From Nanoarchaeota archaeon SCGC AAA011-D5 (lineage in GTDB: Archaea; Nanobdellota; Nanobdellia; Pacearchaeales; GW2011-AR1), in contig ASMP01000002.1 in NCBI GenBank assembly GCA_000405225.1, positions 70,073 through 134,072 of the forward strand: a stretch of 64,000 nt of DNA. The letters run 5' to 3'. Under the pieces are notes generated by a model, which worked only from the letters and a program-made list of their open reading frames with translations, was not told where the DNA came from and did no database searches. Shown here one piece after another: positions 1-8,555 of the stretch. The number at the start of each line of letters is the position of its first letter. The first letter of the stretch is position 1. Both the position numbers and the translations under genes were made by a program.

Positions 1-4
1 GACA

Positions 5-34
5 AACTCGTCTAAGCGTAGCCGAGTTAGAGCA
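5..34. repeat. REP-like palindromic extragenic unit (copy 1)
   Basis: AACTCG-T-CTA-AGCG-TAG-C-CGAGTT-AGAG hairpin; related copies at 46776-46835 (two tandem) and ~48455-48484. Confidence 0.6.
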
Positions 35-57
35 AACTTCCGAGTCTACATAATTTT

Positions 58-270
58 TTAGATAATATTTTCTTCGATAATTTGGGAAATAGGTTTTCCC
101 GTCTTTTCCTTTATTTTCCTGAGTTTATTTATGGCTTCAACTGAGAGAGTTATATCTATTCTCTTCCTTTGAAAAGGGAGTTCCCTTGTCTTATCATATT
201 CCTCAAGCATTTCAAAGGCCTTCCTATTTTTTTTCAATATCTTATCAATTGTTCTCTTATTTAATCGCAT
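58..270 (-). CDS. Putative antitoxin / ribbon-helix-helix DNA-binding protein
   Basis: 70 aa, C-terminal RIDITLSVEAINKLRKIKEKTGKPISQII RHH-like pattern; overlaps the 3' end of the Fic/Doc gene. Confidence 0.55.
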   Translation of the reverse strand: MRLNKRTIDKILKKNRKAFEMLEEYDKTRELPFQRKRIDITLSVEAINKLRKIKEKTGKPISQIIEENII

Positions 271-598
271 TTTTAATTCTCCATTCTATCTGCCTTATAT
301 TTGCCAAATTTTTTTGTGCTATCGAGACTGCCTGATAAACCAGTAAATCTCTGTCCACGTATTTTTTGTGTTCATCTGCAAAAGCATATGCGAGGAATAC
401 GGCAGTTCTCTTGTTTCCGTCTGAAAAGGGGTGATCAACGAGTATTGCTCTCCACAAATAAGCCAGCTTCTTATAAAACCCCAGTTTAGGATTACTTGCT
501 TTTTCAATGGCAAAGTCAAGACTCGAATCGCTTCTTAAATTCCCTCCGAATCCCTTGTTTATACGTAACAAATCTACCATACTAATTTCCATACACAT
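257..598 (-). CDS. Fic/Doc family toxin
   Basis: HPFSDGNKRTA Fic/Doc catalytic motif in a 113-aa protein. Confidence 0.85.
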   Translation of the reverse strand: MCMEISMVDLLRINKGFGGNLRSDSSLDFAIEKASNPKLGFYKKLAYLWRAILVDHPFSDGNKRTAVFLAYAFADEHKKYVDRDLLVYQAVSIAQKNLANIRQIEWRIKNAIK

Positions 599-681
599 AA
601 ATAATAGTAAGATATTTATAAATGTTTGTGTAGAAAAGAATAATCAATAAATTAATAAACTATTTTCCCCTCTAAAAAAAC

Positions 682-1248
682 ATGGAAAAAAGAGGGAGAT
701 TTCTTGCCAGAAATCATAGATTGGCAATTTTTCCAGAGAAAAATCGCAGGGGGCAAATCTATCTCGTTTCTGCCATAATCCTCGCTGTAATAATGATGAG
801 TGTTATCGTGGTTTCAAATTATTCAAAGAAGGACGAATATCTGGATTTAAACAGCCTCAGGGATGAATTGAGGATAGAGAGCGGAAAAATTCTGGATTAT
901 GGAATTAACAACCAGCTTAGCCAGCTGGCAATGAATCAGCTTCTTCAGGACTTCTCTCAGAAATACATAGACACCGAATCACGGGACAAGAATCTTTATT
1001 TTGTTTTTGGGACGCAAAGCAACATCACGCTCAAAGGATACCAGAATACAGCGCATACTGTTTCTCTGGACAGCACAGAAGTCAATTCTTCTTCAGGGGC
1101 ATTCTTAGGAACCATCAGCCCATCTGGAAACAGCGCCACTCTGAATATAGATGAAAACTCTTATATTTTTACTTTAAAAAACGGCGAAAATTTCTTTTTC
1201 GTGATTTCCCGCGAAACCGGAGGAAAGGAATATGTTGTTACAGGATGA
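682..1248 (+). CDS. Archaeal pilin-like protein (class III signal peptide)
   Basis: RRG/QIYLVSAIILAVIMM prepilin-like cleavage site followed by a hydrophobic helix; pilus locus context. Confidence 0.65.
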   Translation: MEKRGRFLARNHRLAIFPEKNRRGQIYLVSAIILAVIMMSVIVVSNYSKKDEYLDLNSLRDELRIESGKILDYGINNQLSQLAMNQLLQDFSQKYIDTESRDKNLYFVFGTQSNITLKGYQNTAHTVSLDSTEVNSSSGAFLGTISPSGNSATLNIDENSYIFTLKNGENFFFVISRETGGKEYVVTG

Positions 1249-1249
1249 A

Positions 1250-3109
1250 ATGATAAAAAATAAGAAAGGAGTGAGCATAATGATCGGTTATGTTCTTCTG
1301 CTAGTCTTCGCGGTGATAATGGGTGTTATAACCTTTGCCTGGCTCAAGTCCTATGTTCCCGCAGAAGCTCTGAATTGCCCCGAGGGCGTCTCAATTTTCA
1401 TTAACGAGGCAACATTCAACGATTCAACATCTGAGCTAAATTTAAGCTTGGTAAACAACGGAAGATTTGATATTGCAGGATATTTCATACATGCATCTGT
1501 CTCTGAACAGGAATTACCGACGATAGATTTGTCCTCTTATCTCAACGAGGGTTTTAGCGGAAAGAAATTAGGAACTTCTGTAATCATTGGGAATGCAGAT
1601 ATACTTTTTGGTCAAGAAGGGAACCTTTTCGAAGCAGGAGACCGGGAAAAGAATATTTTTAACATTCCTCCCGGTATTACTAAAATTCATTCTATCAGGA
1701 TAACTCCTACAAGATTCCAGGAAGAAAATGGCAGGCAAAGGTTCGTGAGTTGTGGCGATGCAAAAGTGCAGCTGCAGCTGGCCACAGCGCCTATAGTATG
1801 CATACCTTCCTGCACCGGAAAGGCCTGTGGAGGCGATGGCTGCGGGGGAAGCTGCGGAAGTTGTAATTCAAGTTTCTTTTGTGATGCTAGTAGCCAGTGT
1901 ATTTCAACAAATTGTGTGCCTGCTGCAAATTCAACACTTTCAGAAATTTGCGGTTCTTTCGTTTGCGGAACAGCTCAGAATGGAACCTGTGGCAATGTAA
2001 GTTGCGGGACATGTACAGGAGGCAATTCATGCAACCAGACATCGGGGCAGTGTGTTTTCATAAGTTGCGTGCCTGCTTCAGATCCAACACTTTCAGGAGT
2101 TTGTGGTTCTTCTGTTTGTGGAACAGCTCAGAATGGAACCTGTGACACTGTAAGTTGCGGGACATGTACAGGAGGCAATTCATGCGACCAGACAACAGGT
2201 CAGTGTATTTCAGCAAATTGTGTGCCTGCTTCAAATCCAACACATTCAGGAGTTTGCGGTTCTTCTGTTTGCGGAACAGCTCAGAATGGAACATGTAGCA
2301 CCGTAAGTTGCGGAACATGTACAGGAGGTGCTTCATGCAACCAGGCAACAGGTCAGTGTGTTGCAGCAAGTTGTGTGCCTGCTTCAAATCCAACACTTTC
2401 AGGAGTTTGTGGTTCTTCTGTTTGCGGAACAGCTCAGAATGGAACATGTAGCACTGTAATTTGCGGGACATGTACAGGATTTCCAATAGTTGCTGCATCT
2501 AAGACATCGTCAAGGTCTAGTAACGCCGCTGACGACGTAATTACAATGCCCACCGGGATTGTGGCGGGTGACTTGCTTCTTGTCATCCACGCCACAGATG
2601 CAGGTGGAAGTGCAACACGAACATGGAGTGGTGGATTTACCGAAATTCTGGACAAGAGCGCAAGCTCGAATATAGGGGTGGCTTGGAAAATTGCGGCAGG
2701 GGGAGACTCCCTTACTGTCACTAAGTCAGCCTCAGAGAGATTCTCAGCCATTGCCCTTAGGATTACTGGAGCTCATGCATCGTCTGCTCCTAAGATTTCT
2801 ACCACTGCGACAGGGGAAAACACTGACCCTAATCCCGATTCTGTTACTGCATCCTGGGGCGCGGAGAACAATCTCTTTATCGCCTTTTATGGGCAAGATA
2901 CAAATATTACTGATACGATAGTTGATGCATGGCCAACGAACTATGACGACAATCAGATTCAAGGTGTTTTTGTTGCCTCTGCTGGTGAACCCAACATGGC
3001 AACCCGGGATTTGGCAGCGGCTACAGATGACCCTGGAACATTTACCATCAATACGTTGATAGGGTGGAGGGGGTGGCGGGCTGGAACAATAGTTGTTAGA
3101 CCAGCATAA
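1250..3109 (+). CDS. Pilin-anchored Cys-rich repeat surface protein/adhesin
   Basis: KKG/VSIMIGYVLLLV archaeal pilin N-terminus, 51-aa Cys-rich repeats, distinct C-terminal domain; start at ATG 1250 preferred (ORF track 1232). Confidence 0.75.
   Translation: MIKNKKGVSIMIGYVLLLVFAVIMGVITFAWLKSYVPAEALNCPEGVSIFINEATFNDSTSELNLSLVNNGRFDIAGYFIHASVSEQELPTIDLSSYLNEGFSGKKLGTSVIIGNADILFGQEGNLFEAGDREKNIFNIPPGITKIHSIRITPTRFQEENGRQRFVSCGDAKVQLQLATAPIVCIPSCTGKACGGDGCGGSCGSCNSSFFCDASSQCISTNCVPAANSTLSEICGSFVCGTAQNGTCGNVSCGTCTGGNSCNQTSGQCVFISCVPASDPTLSGVCGSSVCGTAQNGTCDTVSCGTCTGGNSCDQTTGQCISANCVPASNPTHSGVCGSSVCGTAQNGTCSTVSCGTCTGGASCNQATGQCVAASCVPASNPTLSGVCGSSVCGTAQNGTCSTVICGTCTGFPIVAASKTSSRSSNAADDVITMPTGIVAGDLLLVIHATDAGGSATRTWSGGFTEILDKSASSNIGVAWKIAAGGDSLTVTKSASERFSAIALRITGAHASSAPKISTTATGENTDPNPDSVTASWGAENNLFIAFYGQDTNITDTIVDAWPTNYDDNQIQGVFVASAGEPNMATRDLAAATDDPGTFTINTLIGWRGWRAGTIVVRPA
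1913..2479 (+). repeat. 153-bp (51-aa, 8-Cys) tandem coding repeat, ~3.7 copies
   Basis: Units start at 1913, 2066, 2219, 2372 (CVPAS..CGSSVCGTAQNGTC..VSCGTCTG). Confidence 0.95.
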
Positions 3110-3336
3110 GCAGCAGGCGCCATAAACCCTGTCGCCTCATTCTGAACAAATCCTGCAGACAATGTAAACAGGAGCAACTCGTCTGTTACAGTAAAATTTG
3201 AGAGTAAAGCAGATGCCGACAACGACGATTTCTATTTTGACGGGTTAAAAATTACAAAAATAGGATAATTACATTGTGGGACAGAAACATCCCACAAATT
3301 TATAATATGTTGCTCTAAAAATAGCACTATATTAGA

Positions 3337-4080
3337 TTATTCTTTAGCTGATTTCCATAATATTTCAAATACATTACGATAAGAATCTGCGACGTGTTTG
3401 TTGTCAATTATGGTAACTATTGGTTTATCCGTCCAAATAACAAAAGAAACCTTATCACCATAGATAGTTGTTTCAGTTAAAGGTTCAAATTCGGTGTCGA
3501 AGAATCTGACTTTAATTTCCTTATGATGTATTATTTTTTTCCAATGTTTAAGAGATTTATGGAAAATCATTCGCGCCTTAACGCCAGATTCATGCTGTTT
3601 GGTATGAAGATTTTCCCAGTAAAAGTCAGGAATAATTTTCTCAGATTGGAGAGGGCTTCCAAAAACACAATAGTCTAATTTATTATCTATTATCTCGGAA
3701 TATATTCTCTTAATTCCCGCAACTCCACTAAAAACTGCAGCTGTTTCTTTTAGAATCCTATGTTTTTTTAATAAGACTACCTCTTTAGAGATTTTATAGG
3801 CTAATTCTTTTTGCTTATCGAGCTCTTCTTTTTTCTTTTCAATAAATTCGACTAATGCTGAAGGGTCTTGAATCTGGTATACTCTATGATTTTTTTCTAT
3901 TATTTTGGATATCATTCCTTTGTCACATAATCTTTCAAGAGCTTGGTAAGTGTTAGCTTTGTAGAATCCTGTTTCTTGTAGCAATCCTTGAACATCAGAA
4001 GCTCCAAGTTTTAACAGGGTTAGATATAAAGTCGCCTCTGCTTGAGACAATCCTAATTTCATTAAATCTTCTTTGTCCAT
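3337..4080 (-). CDS. TrmB-family transcriptional regulator
   Basis: LGLSQAEATLYLTLL wHTH plus C-terminal effector domain. Confidence 0.85.
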   Translation of the reverse strand: MDKEDLMKLGLSQAEATLYLTLLKLGASDVQGLLQETGFYKANTYQALERLCDKGMISKIIEKNHRVYQIQDPSALVEFIEKKKEELDKQKELAYKISKEVVLLKKHRILKETAAVFSGVAGIKRIYSEIIDNKLDYCVFGSPLQSEKIIPDFYWENLHTKQHESGVKARMIFHKSLKHWKKIIHHKEIKVRFFDTEFEPLTETTIYGDKVSFVIWTDKPIVTIIDNKHVADSYRNVFEILWKSAKE

Positions 4081-4139
4081 AATAGTAGTATTAATCTAGT
4101 ACTACTCATATATAAATCTGTCTATTTTGAAAGATTGCT

Positions 4140-4655
4140 ATGAAAAAGATAATACAAAAAATTGCAAATGTATATAGGCAAGATGGTAAAACTTTTCTTT
4201 ATCATCTAGCTAGCGTTGGAATTTCAACAATAGCTGGTGCTATAAATGCTGGTTGTTTAGAGAAGTATGGATTTGAACCTGCTTTGAATAGTTCAATAAC
4301 TACCGGGGTTGGAACTGCTAGTTATTGGATACCTTTTATTGGTTTGCTGGCTAGAAATGAGAGGAGCGAAATGAAAGACGAGAATGGGAAGTATATAGCT
4401 AGTAAAATTCGCTCTAAAGCTATTCAGTATGCCTCTTTTGTTGGAATTGGAGAAGTTTTATTTGCAGCAGTTAGAGGATTCACGCAGTACCAAATACAAA
4501 AAAGACTTGAATTGGATGCGACCTCAGCTTCTGCTCTGACAGATTTGACTTGTGCAACTGCCTATGGTGTTTTGGTTCCACCTATTAGACAAATTCTTAG
4601 AAAAAGTGCTAGAGAAAGTAACCTGGAAAAAATAGCTAAGGAGGTTACAACATAA
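4140..4655 (+). CDS. Hypothetical membrane protein
   Basis: Several hydrophobic segments; adjacent to the methyltransferase. Confidence 0.5.
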   Translation: MKKIIQKIANVYRQDGKTFLYHLASVGISTIAGAINAGCLEKYGFEPALNSSITTGVGTASYWIPFIGLLARNERSEMKDENGKYIASKIRSKAIQYASFVGIGEVLFAAVRGFTQYQIQKRLELDATSASALTDLTCATAYGVLVPPIRQILRKSARESNLEKIAKEVTT

Positions 4656-4656
4656 A

Positions 4657-5322
4657 ATGGGAAATTATAACGATTTTGCAGCAGAATATGCAGAAAAGAC
4701 TAAACTACTAGAACAAAAATCAAGAAACCATTATTATTCTCATTTACCACTAATCCTGAATAATAAAAAAATTTTAGATGTTGGTTGTGGGTCTGGGCAG
4801 GATGCAGTTTATTACTCGAAGAGGGGAGCTAAAGTTTATGGAATTGATATTTCTGAAAAGGAAATTGAGATGGCGCAAAATCTCGGAGTAGGACATTTTG
4901 TAGTTGGCACTATGAATAAACTGCCTTATGATTCAGATTCATTTGATTACGTAACCAGCTTTTATGCATTACAAGCTTCAAATAATATTGAACAGACTAT
5001 AAGTGAAATGATAAGAGTAACTAAATCTAGAGGGACTATCTTAATCCAAACAAAACACCCATTTAGGAACCTTATCGAAGGATGGAAGAATAACAATAAA
5101 ATGGATTATTATTCTCCTGGCAATGTAACTTCCCATATACTGAATAAAACAATTACACTAAATGAACCAAGCCATACAGTTATGGAGTATTTATCTTCTA
5201 CAATATTAAGCAAAGTGAGGTTAATGAGTTTTGAGGAGCACTCAGACTTTCCAGCTAGTGAAGAAATAGTAAGTGGTTTAGTATATCCAACTTATTTGAT
5301 TTTGAAATTTCATAAGCTGTAG
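4657..5322 (+). CDS. Class I SAM-dependent methyltransferase
   Basis: ILDVGCGSG motif I, GIDIS motif II, FDYV. Confidence 0.9.
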   Translation: MGNYNDFAAEYAEKTKLLEQKSRNHYYSHLPLILNNKKILDVGCGSGQDAVYYSKRGAKVYGIDISEKEIEMAQNLGVGHFVVGTMNKLPYDSDSFDYVTSFYALQASNNIEQTISEMIRVTKSRGTILIQTKHPFRNLIEGWKNNNKMDYYSPGNVTSHILNKTITLNEPSHTVMEYLSSTILSKVRLMSFEEHSDFPASEEIVSGLVYPTYLILKFHKL

Positions 5323-5469
5323 TTAATATACTGCCATTTTCGTAGCAGTATGTTTATAACATAATGGGCTATATTTTTTATGATAAAGATTGTGACAGAT
5401 TTTATTATGTAGTAATTACAAAGTAGTTATAAAAGAAGGATTTAAAAAGTTTGAATCCTCTTAAGAAAT

Positions 5470-6780
5470 ATGAAGAAAGGAGAAGATTTTGAAGTATACG
5501 AATATCCTAATGGCTTTCGTTTAGTATGGCAAAAAACTCCAACGAATACTATTTTTGGGAATCTGAGAATAAATCATGGAGCATTACATGAGAATGAAGG
5601 AGAAGAGGGAATTGCCCATTTTTTAGAACATATGCTTGTAGAAGGAGGAACTGAAAAATATACTCCTGAAGAACAAGCAAGAATAAAGGGGGATTTTGGC
5701 TATACTAATGCCTTTACCTCTAGAGATAGAACAATGATTCCTTGGGGAATGATTCCGTCTGGTTTAGAGAGTTATTTAGATATGGCTGCTCAAATGGCAT
5801 TTCATCCCCGTTTAGACTCAAAAACCTTAGAGCAACAAAAAAAAGTGGTTCTGAGGGAAATAGCAAGAACAAAAGGAGCTCCTTATTTTGAAGATGTAAT
5901 TAAGTTTTATTGGCCAAGCGTAGCAAGAGATAGAGACCACACTTATTTTGTTTTAGGTAATGAAGAAGTCATACAAAATGTTAACAAAACAAAATTAAGG
6001 GAATTTCATAGGCGAGGATATGGCCCGAATAATATGATTTTAATGCTAGCTGGAGATTTACCTCTAGGCATTGTTGATAAAGTAGCAGAGTATTTCGCTC
6101 ATCAACAAAAAGGAGAAGGTAAACCATTTGAATTTTCGCAGGTTTTGCCTCTCAATGAAAAAGCGGTAAGATATTCTAAGGCAGAGGATTTAGTTGATAA
6201 AGATAATCCTCAAGAAAGCAATTCTGAATTAATGCTGGGCATTGTTGTTCCAGATGAACTTCATCCAGACAGCCCTAACTTAATTGTGGCATCAGAGATT
6301 TTAGGAAAGAGTTGGACTGCTGGTTTAAAGAAGAGGATTAGAAGCGAAGAGGGAATGGCTTATGATATAGGAAGTTCCTATAACGGAGACAAAAGATTTG
6401 GTTACTTCGGAATTAATGGAAACATTCATGCAAAAAGACAGGAAAGAACAATAGAAATAATTTTTGAAGAGATGAGCAAGCTAGGGCAATCTACCTCAGA
6501 TGAAGATGAAGTATCTAGTGCAAAAAAGAGAGTTTCTTATAAGGTCGCAAGTGGTTTGGAGAATAAATTCAGGATGTTAGTGAATATAGACCCTGTAAAT
6601 GTTGGAGCAATAGCAAGAATGGATTATGCTTTGGAAGGAAGAATTCCAATTGAGGAAAAACTATCTAGAATAGAACAGGTTAATCCATTAACATTACAAA
6701 CCGTTGCTGAAAAATATTTGCCTTCTGATAGAGAGAAAGATAATTATGTTCTTCTTGTAAGAAACCCATTGGAACCTTAA
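5470..6780 (+). CDS. M16 family (insulinase-like) zinc peptidase
   Basis: GIAHFLEHM inverted HxxEH, NAFTS, EEGMAY. Confidence 0.9.
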   Translation: MKKGEDFEVYEYPNGFRLVWQKTPTNTIFGNLRINHGALHENEGEEGIAHFLEHMLVEGGTEKYTPEEQARIKGDFGYTNAFTSRDRTMIPWGMIPSGLESYLDMAAQMAFHPRLDSKTLEQQKKVVLREIARTKGAPYFEDVIKFYWPSVARDRDHTYFVLGNEEVIQNVNKTKLREFHRRGYGPNNMILMLAGDLPLGIVDKVAEYFAHQQKGEGKPFEFSQVLPLNEKAVRYSKAEDLVDKDNPQESNSELMLGIVVPDELHPDSPNLIVASEILGKSWTAGLKKRIRSEEGMAYDIGSSYNGDKRFGYFGINGNIHAKRQERTIEIIFEEMSKLGQSTSDEDEVSSAKKRVSYKVASGLENKFRMLVNIDPVNVGAIARMDYALEGRIPIEEKLSRIEQVNPLTLQTVAEKYLPSDREKDNYVLLVRNPLEP

Positions 6781-6885
6781 TCCATTAATTTCTCACTATC
6801 TGCCCACTTTTTCAAACCACAAAAATAAATTATGCCCCAGAAAACCGGGCTTAAATTTATAAATTAAAACATTCTGAATGATAAT

Positions 6886-7374
6886 ATGAAAAGGGAGATT
6901 GCTGTGAAGAGGGATATGAAGCAAGGAGTTTCTCCCGTAATTGCGACCACGCTCCTGATTGCGATGGTCATTGTAATAGGTCTTATAATTTTTTTATGGT
7001 TTCGCGGATTTACGCAGGAAGCTATCACAAAATTTGGAGGTGTGAATGTAGAACTTGTATGCGGAGATGTGCAGTTTGATTCCAGTTATTCTTCAGGGAA
7101 TCTTCTTCTTTCAAATACTGGAAATGTTCCTATCTACAGTTTCAAGCTGAAAGTGGAAAAACCAGGGAGCTTTGAAACTCTGGATATAGAGAACATTTCA
7201 GGCAACTGGCCAAAAACAGGGCTTAACCAGGGAGGGGTTTTCTCAGGAGACATAAGTTCTTCTGCCCTCGGTGCAGAAAAAATAACGGTGATTCCTGTTC
7301 TGAGGGGAACTACAGAGTCTGGGGCAAAAACCCATGCCTGCGATGAGCAGTATGGGGAAGAAATAATCTTATAA
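6886..7374 (+). CDS. Archaeal type IV pilin
   Basis: QG/VSPVIATTLLIAMVIV classic archaeal pilin N-terminus. Confidence 0.85.
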   Translation: MKREIAVKRDMKQGVSPVIATTLLIAMVIVIGLIIFLWFRGFTQEAITKFGGVNVELVCGDVQFDSSYSSGNLLLSNTGNVPIYSFKLKVEKPGSFETLDIENISGNWPKTGLNQGGVFSGDISSSALGAEKITVIPVLRGTTESGAKTHACDEQYGEEIIL

Positions 7375-7420
7375 AAATTGCTTAGCTAAAATTAATAAAC
7401 TATTTTTCACTAATGAGGTT

Positions 7421-7945
7421 ATGATAAAAAACAAAGGCGGAGTTTCAACTGTTGTGGAAACTATCCTGCTGATAGCATTAACGATAGGAATCGTGGCTAT
7501 TGTATGGACAGTGGTCAGCAATCTGGTAGAGAAAAATATCAGCAGCTCTGAATCCTGCTTCGGGGTTTTTGAAAAAGTCACCTTAAATCCGAGATACACA
7601 TGCTACAACAATGTTACTGGAACTGGTAATGACGAGGTCTGGTTTTCCATAAGCCTTGGCGACATAGAAAAAGTTGATGACATTCTCGTCGCAATATCTG
7701 GAGAGGGGAATTCTGCAAGTTTCAAGATAATGGAAGACAAACCTGCCGGACTTTCATATTATCCTGACAGAACAAGGCCGGTCGTAATCCCCAGAAAAAG
7801 TCAGGGTCTCACCTATATTTATGAACTTCCTTCTTCTTTTACCCAGACACCTGAAAGGATAGAAATAGCTGCAATAGTCGACGGAGAAGTTTGCGGAAAT
7901 ATCAATCCTCTAGAACAGTTCGAGAGCTGCTCCTCACTGGGCTGA
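7421..7945 (+). CDS. Archaeal type IV pilin
   Basis: KGG/VSTVVETILLIALTI. Confidence 0.8.
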   Translation: MIKNKGGVSTVVETILLIALTIGIVAIVWTVVSNLVEKNISSSESCFGVFEKVTLNPRYTCYNNVTGTGNDEVWFSISLGDIEKVDDILVAISGEGNSASFKIMEDKPAGLSYYPDRTRPVVIPRKSQGLTYIYELPSSFTQTPERIEIAAIVDGEVCGNINPLEQFESCSSLG

Positions 7946-7991
7946 CTGACGCAAAGAAAAATATTATAAACTATTTTTAGCTTAAGTGTAA

Positions 7992-8555
7992 ATGGATAAA
8001 GAGAGGTTTCTGCCTGGGAAATTTCCAGAGAAAAATCACAGGGGACAAATCTGGGTGGAAACTGTCGTTTACACTTTAATCGGTTTCTCCCTGATGGGAC
8101 TTGTTCTCGCATTTGTCATTCCCAAAATAGAAGAAACCAGAGACAGGGGAATAATAGAGCAGTCTATTGGCGTGCTTCGGGACATAGATTCTTTGATAAG
8201 GAATCTTGGAGGTCCTGGAAACCAGAGAATTCTCGAGCTTGGAATAAACAAAGGTTCAATGACCATAGATGCCGACGATAACAAGATTTTCTTCGAGCTG
8301 GAAAGCAGGTACTCTTACAGCCAGCCAGGAAAAAATGTGGACATAGGAAAAATAATAGCTAATACAAAAGAAAAAGGCAAAATTAATATAGTGACACTCA
8401 CCTTGGACTATAACGGAGAGTATAACATAACTTACAAGGGGCAGGAAGAAAATAAAACATTAAGTAAGGCTCCTATTCCATACAGTCTTTCCATATCTGA
8501 TAAGGGAGGAGACTCTTCTGGAAAAACAGTAATCAACATGGAGGTGATTGAATAA
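7992..8555 (+). CDS. Pilin-like protein
   Basis: RG/QIWVETVVYTLIG class III signal. Confidence 0.7.
   Translation: MDKERFLPGKFPEKNHRGQIWVETVVYTLIGFSLMGLVLAFVIPKIEETRDRGIIEQSIGVLRDIDSLIRNLGGPGNQRILELGINKGSMTIDADDNKIFFELESRYSYSQPGKNVDIGKIIANTKEKGKINIVTLTLDYNGEYNITYKGQEENKTLSKAPIPYSLSISDKGGDSSGKTVINMEVIE

Noticed and set aside
1897-2962. Alternative-frame and antisense ORFs across the Cys-rich repeat
   Set aside because: Shadows of the repetitive coding strand; the same applies to most short ORFs nested in housekeeping genes.
730-8052. Shared FPEKNxRGQI signal-peptide DNA between two pilins (about 730-760 and 8021-8052)
   Set aside because: Explained by paralogy of prepilin leaders; no evidence for a shufflon or inversion system.
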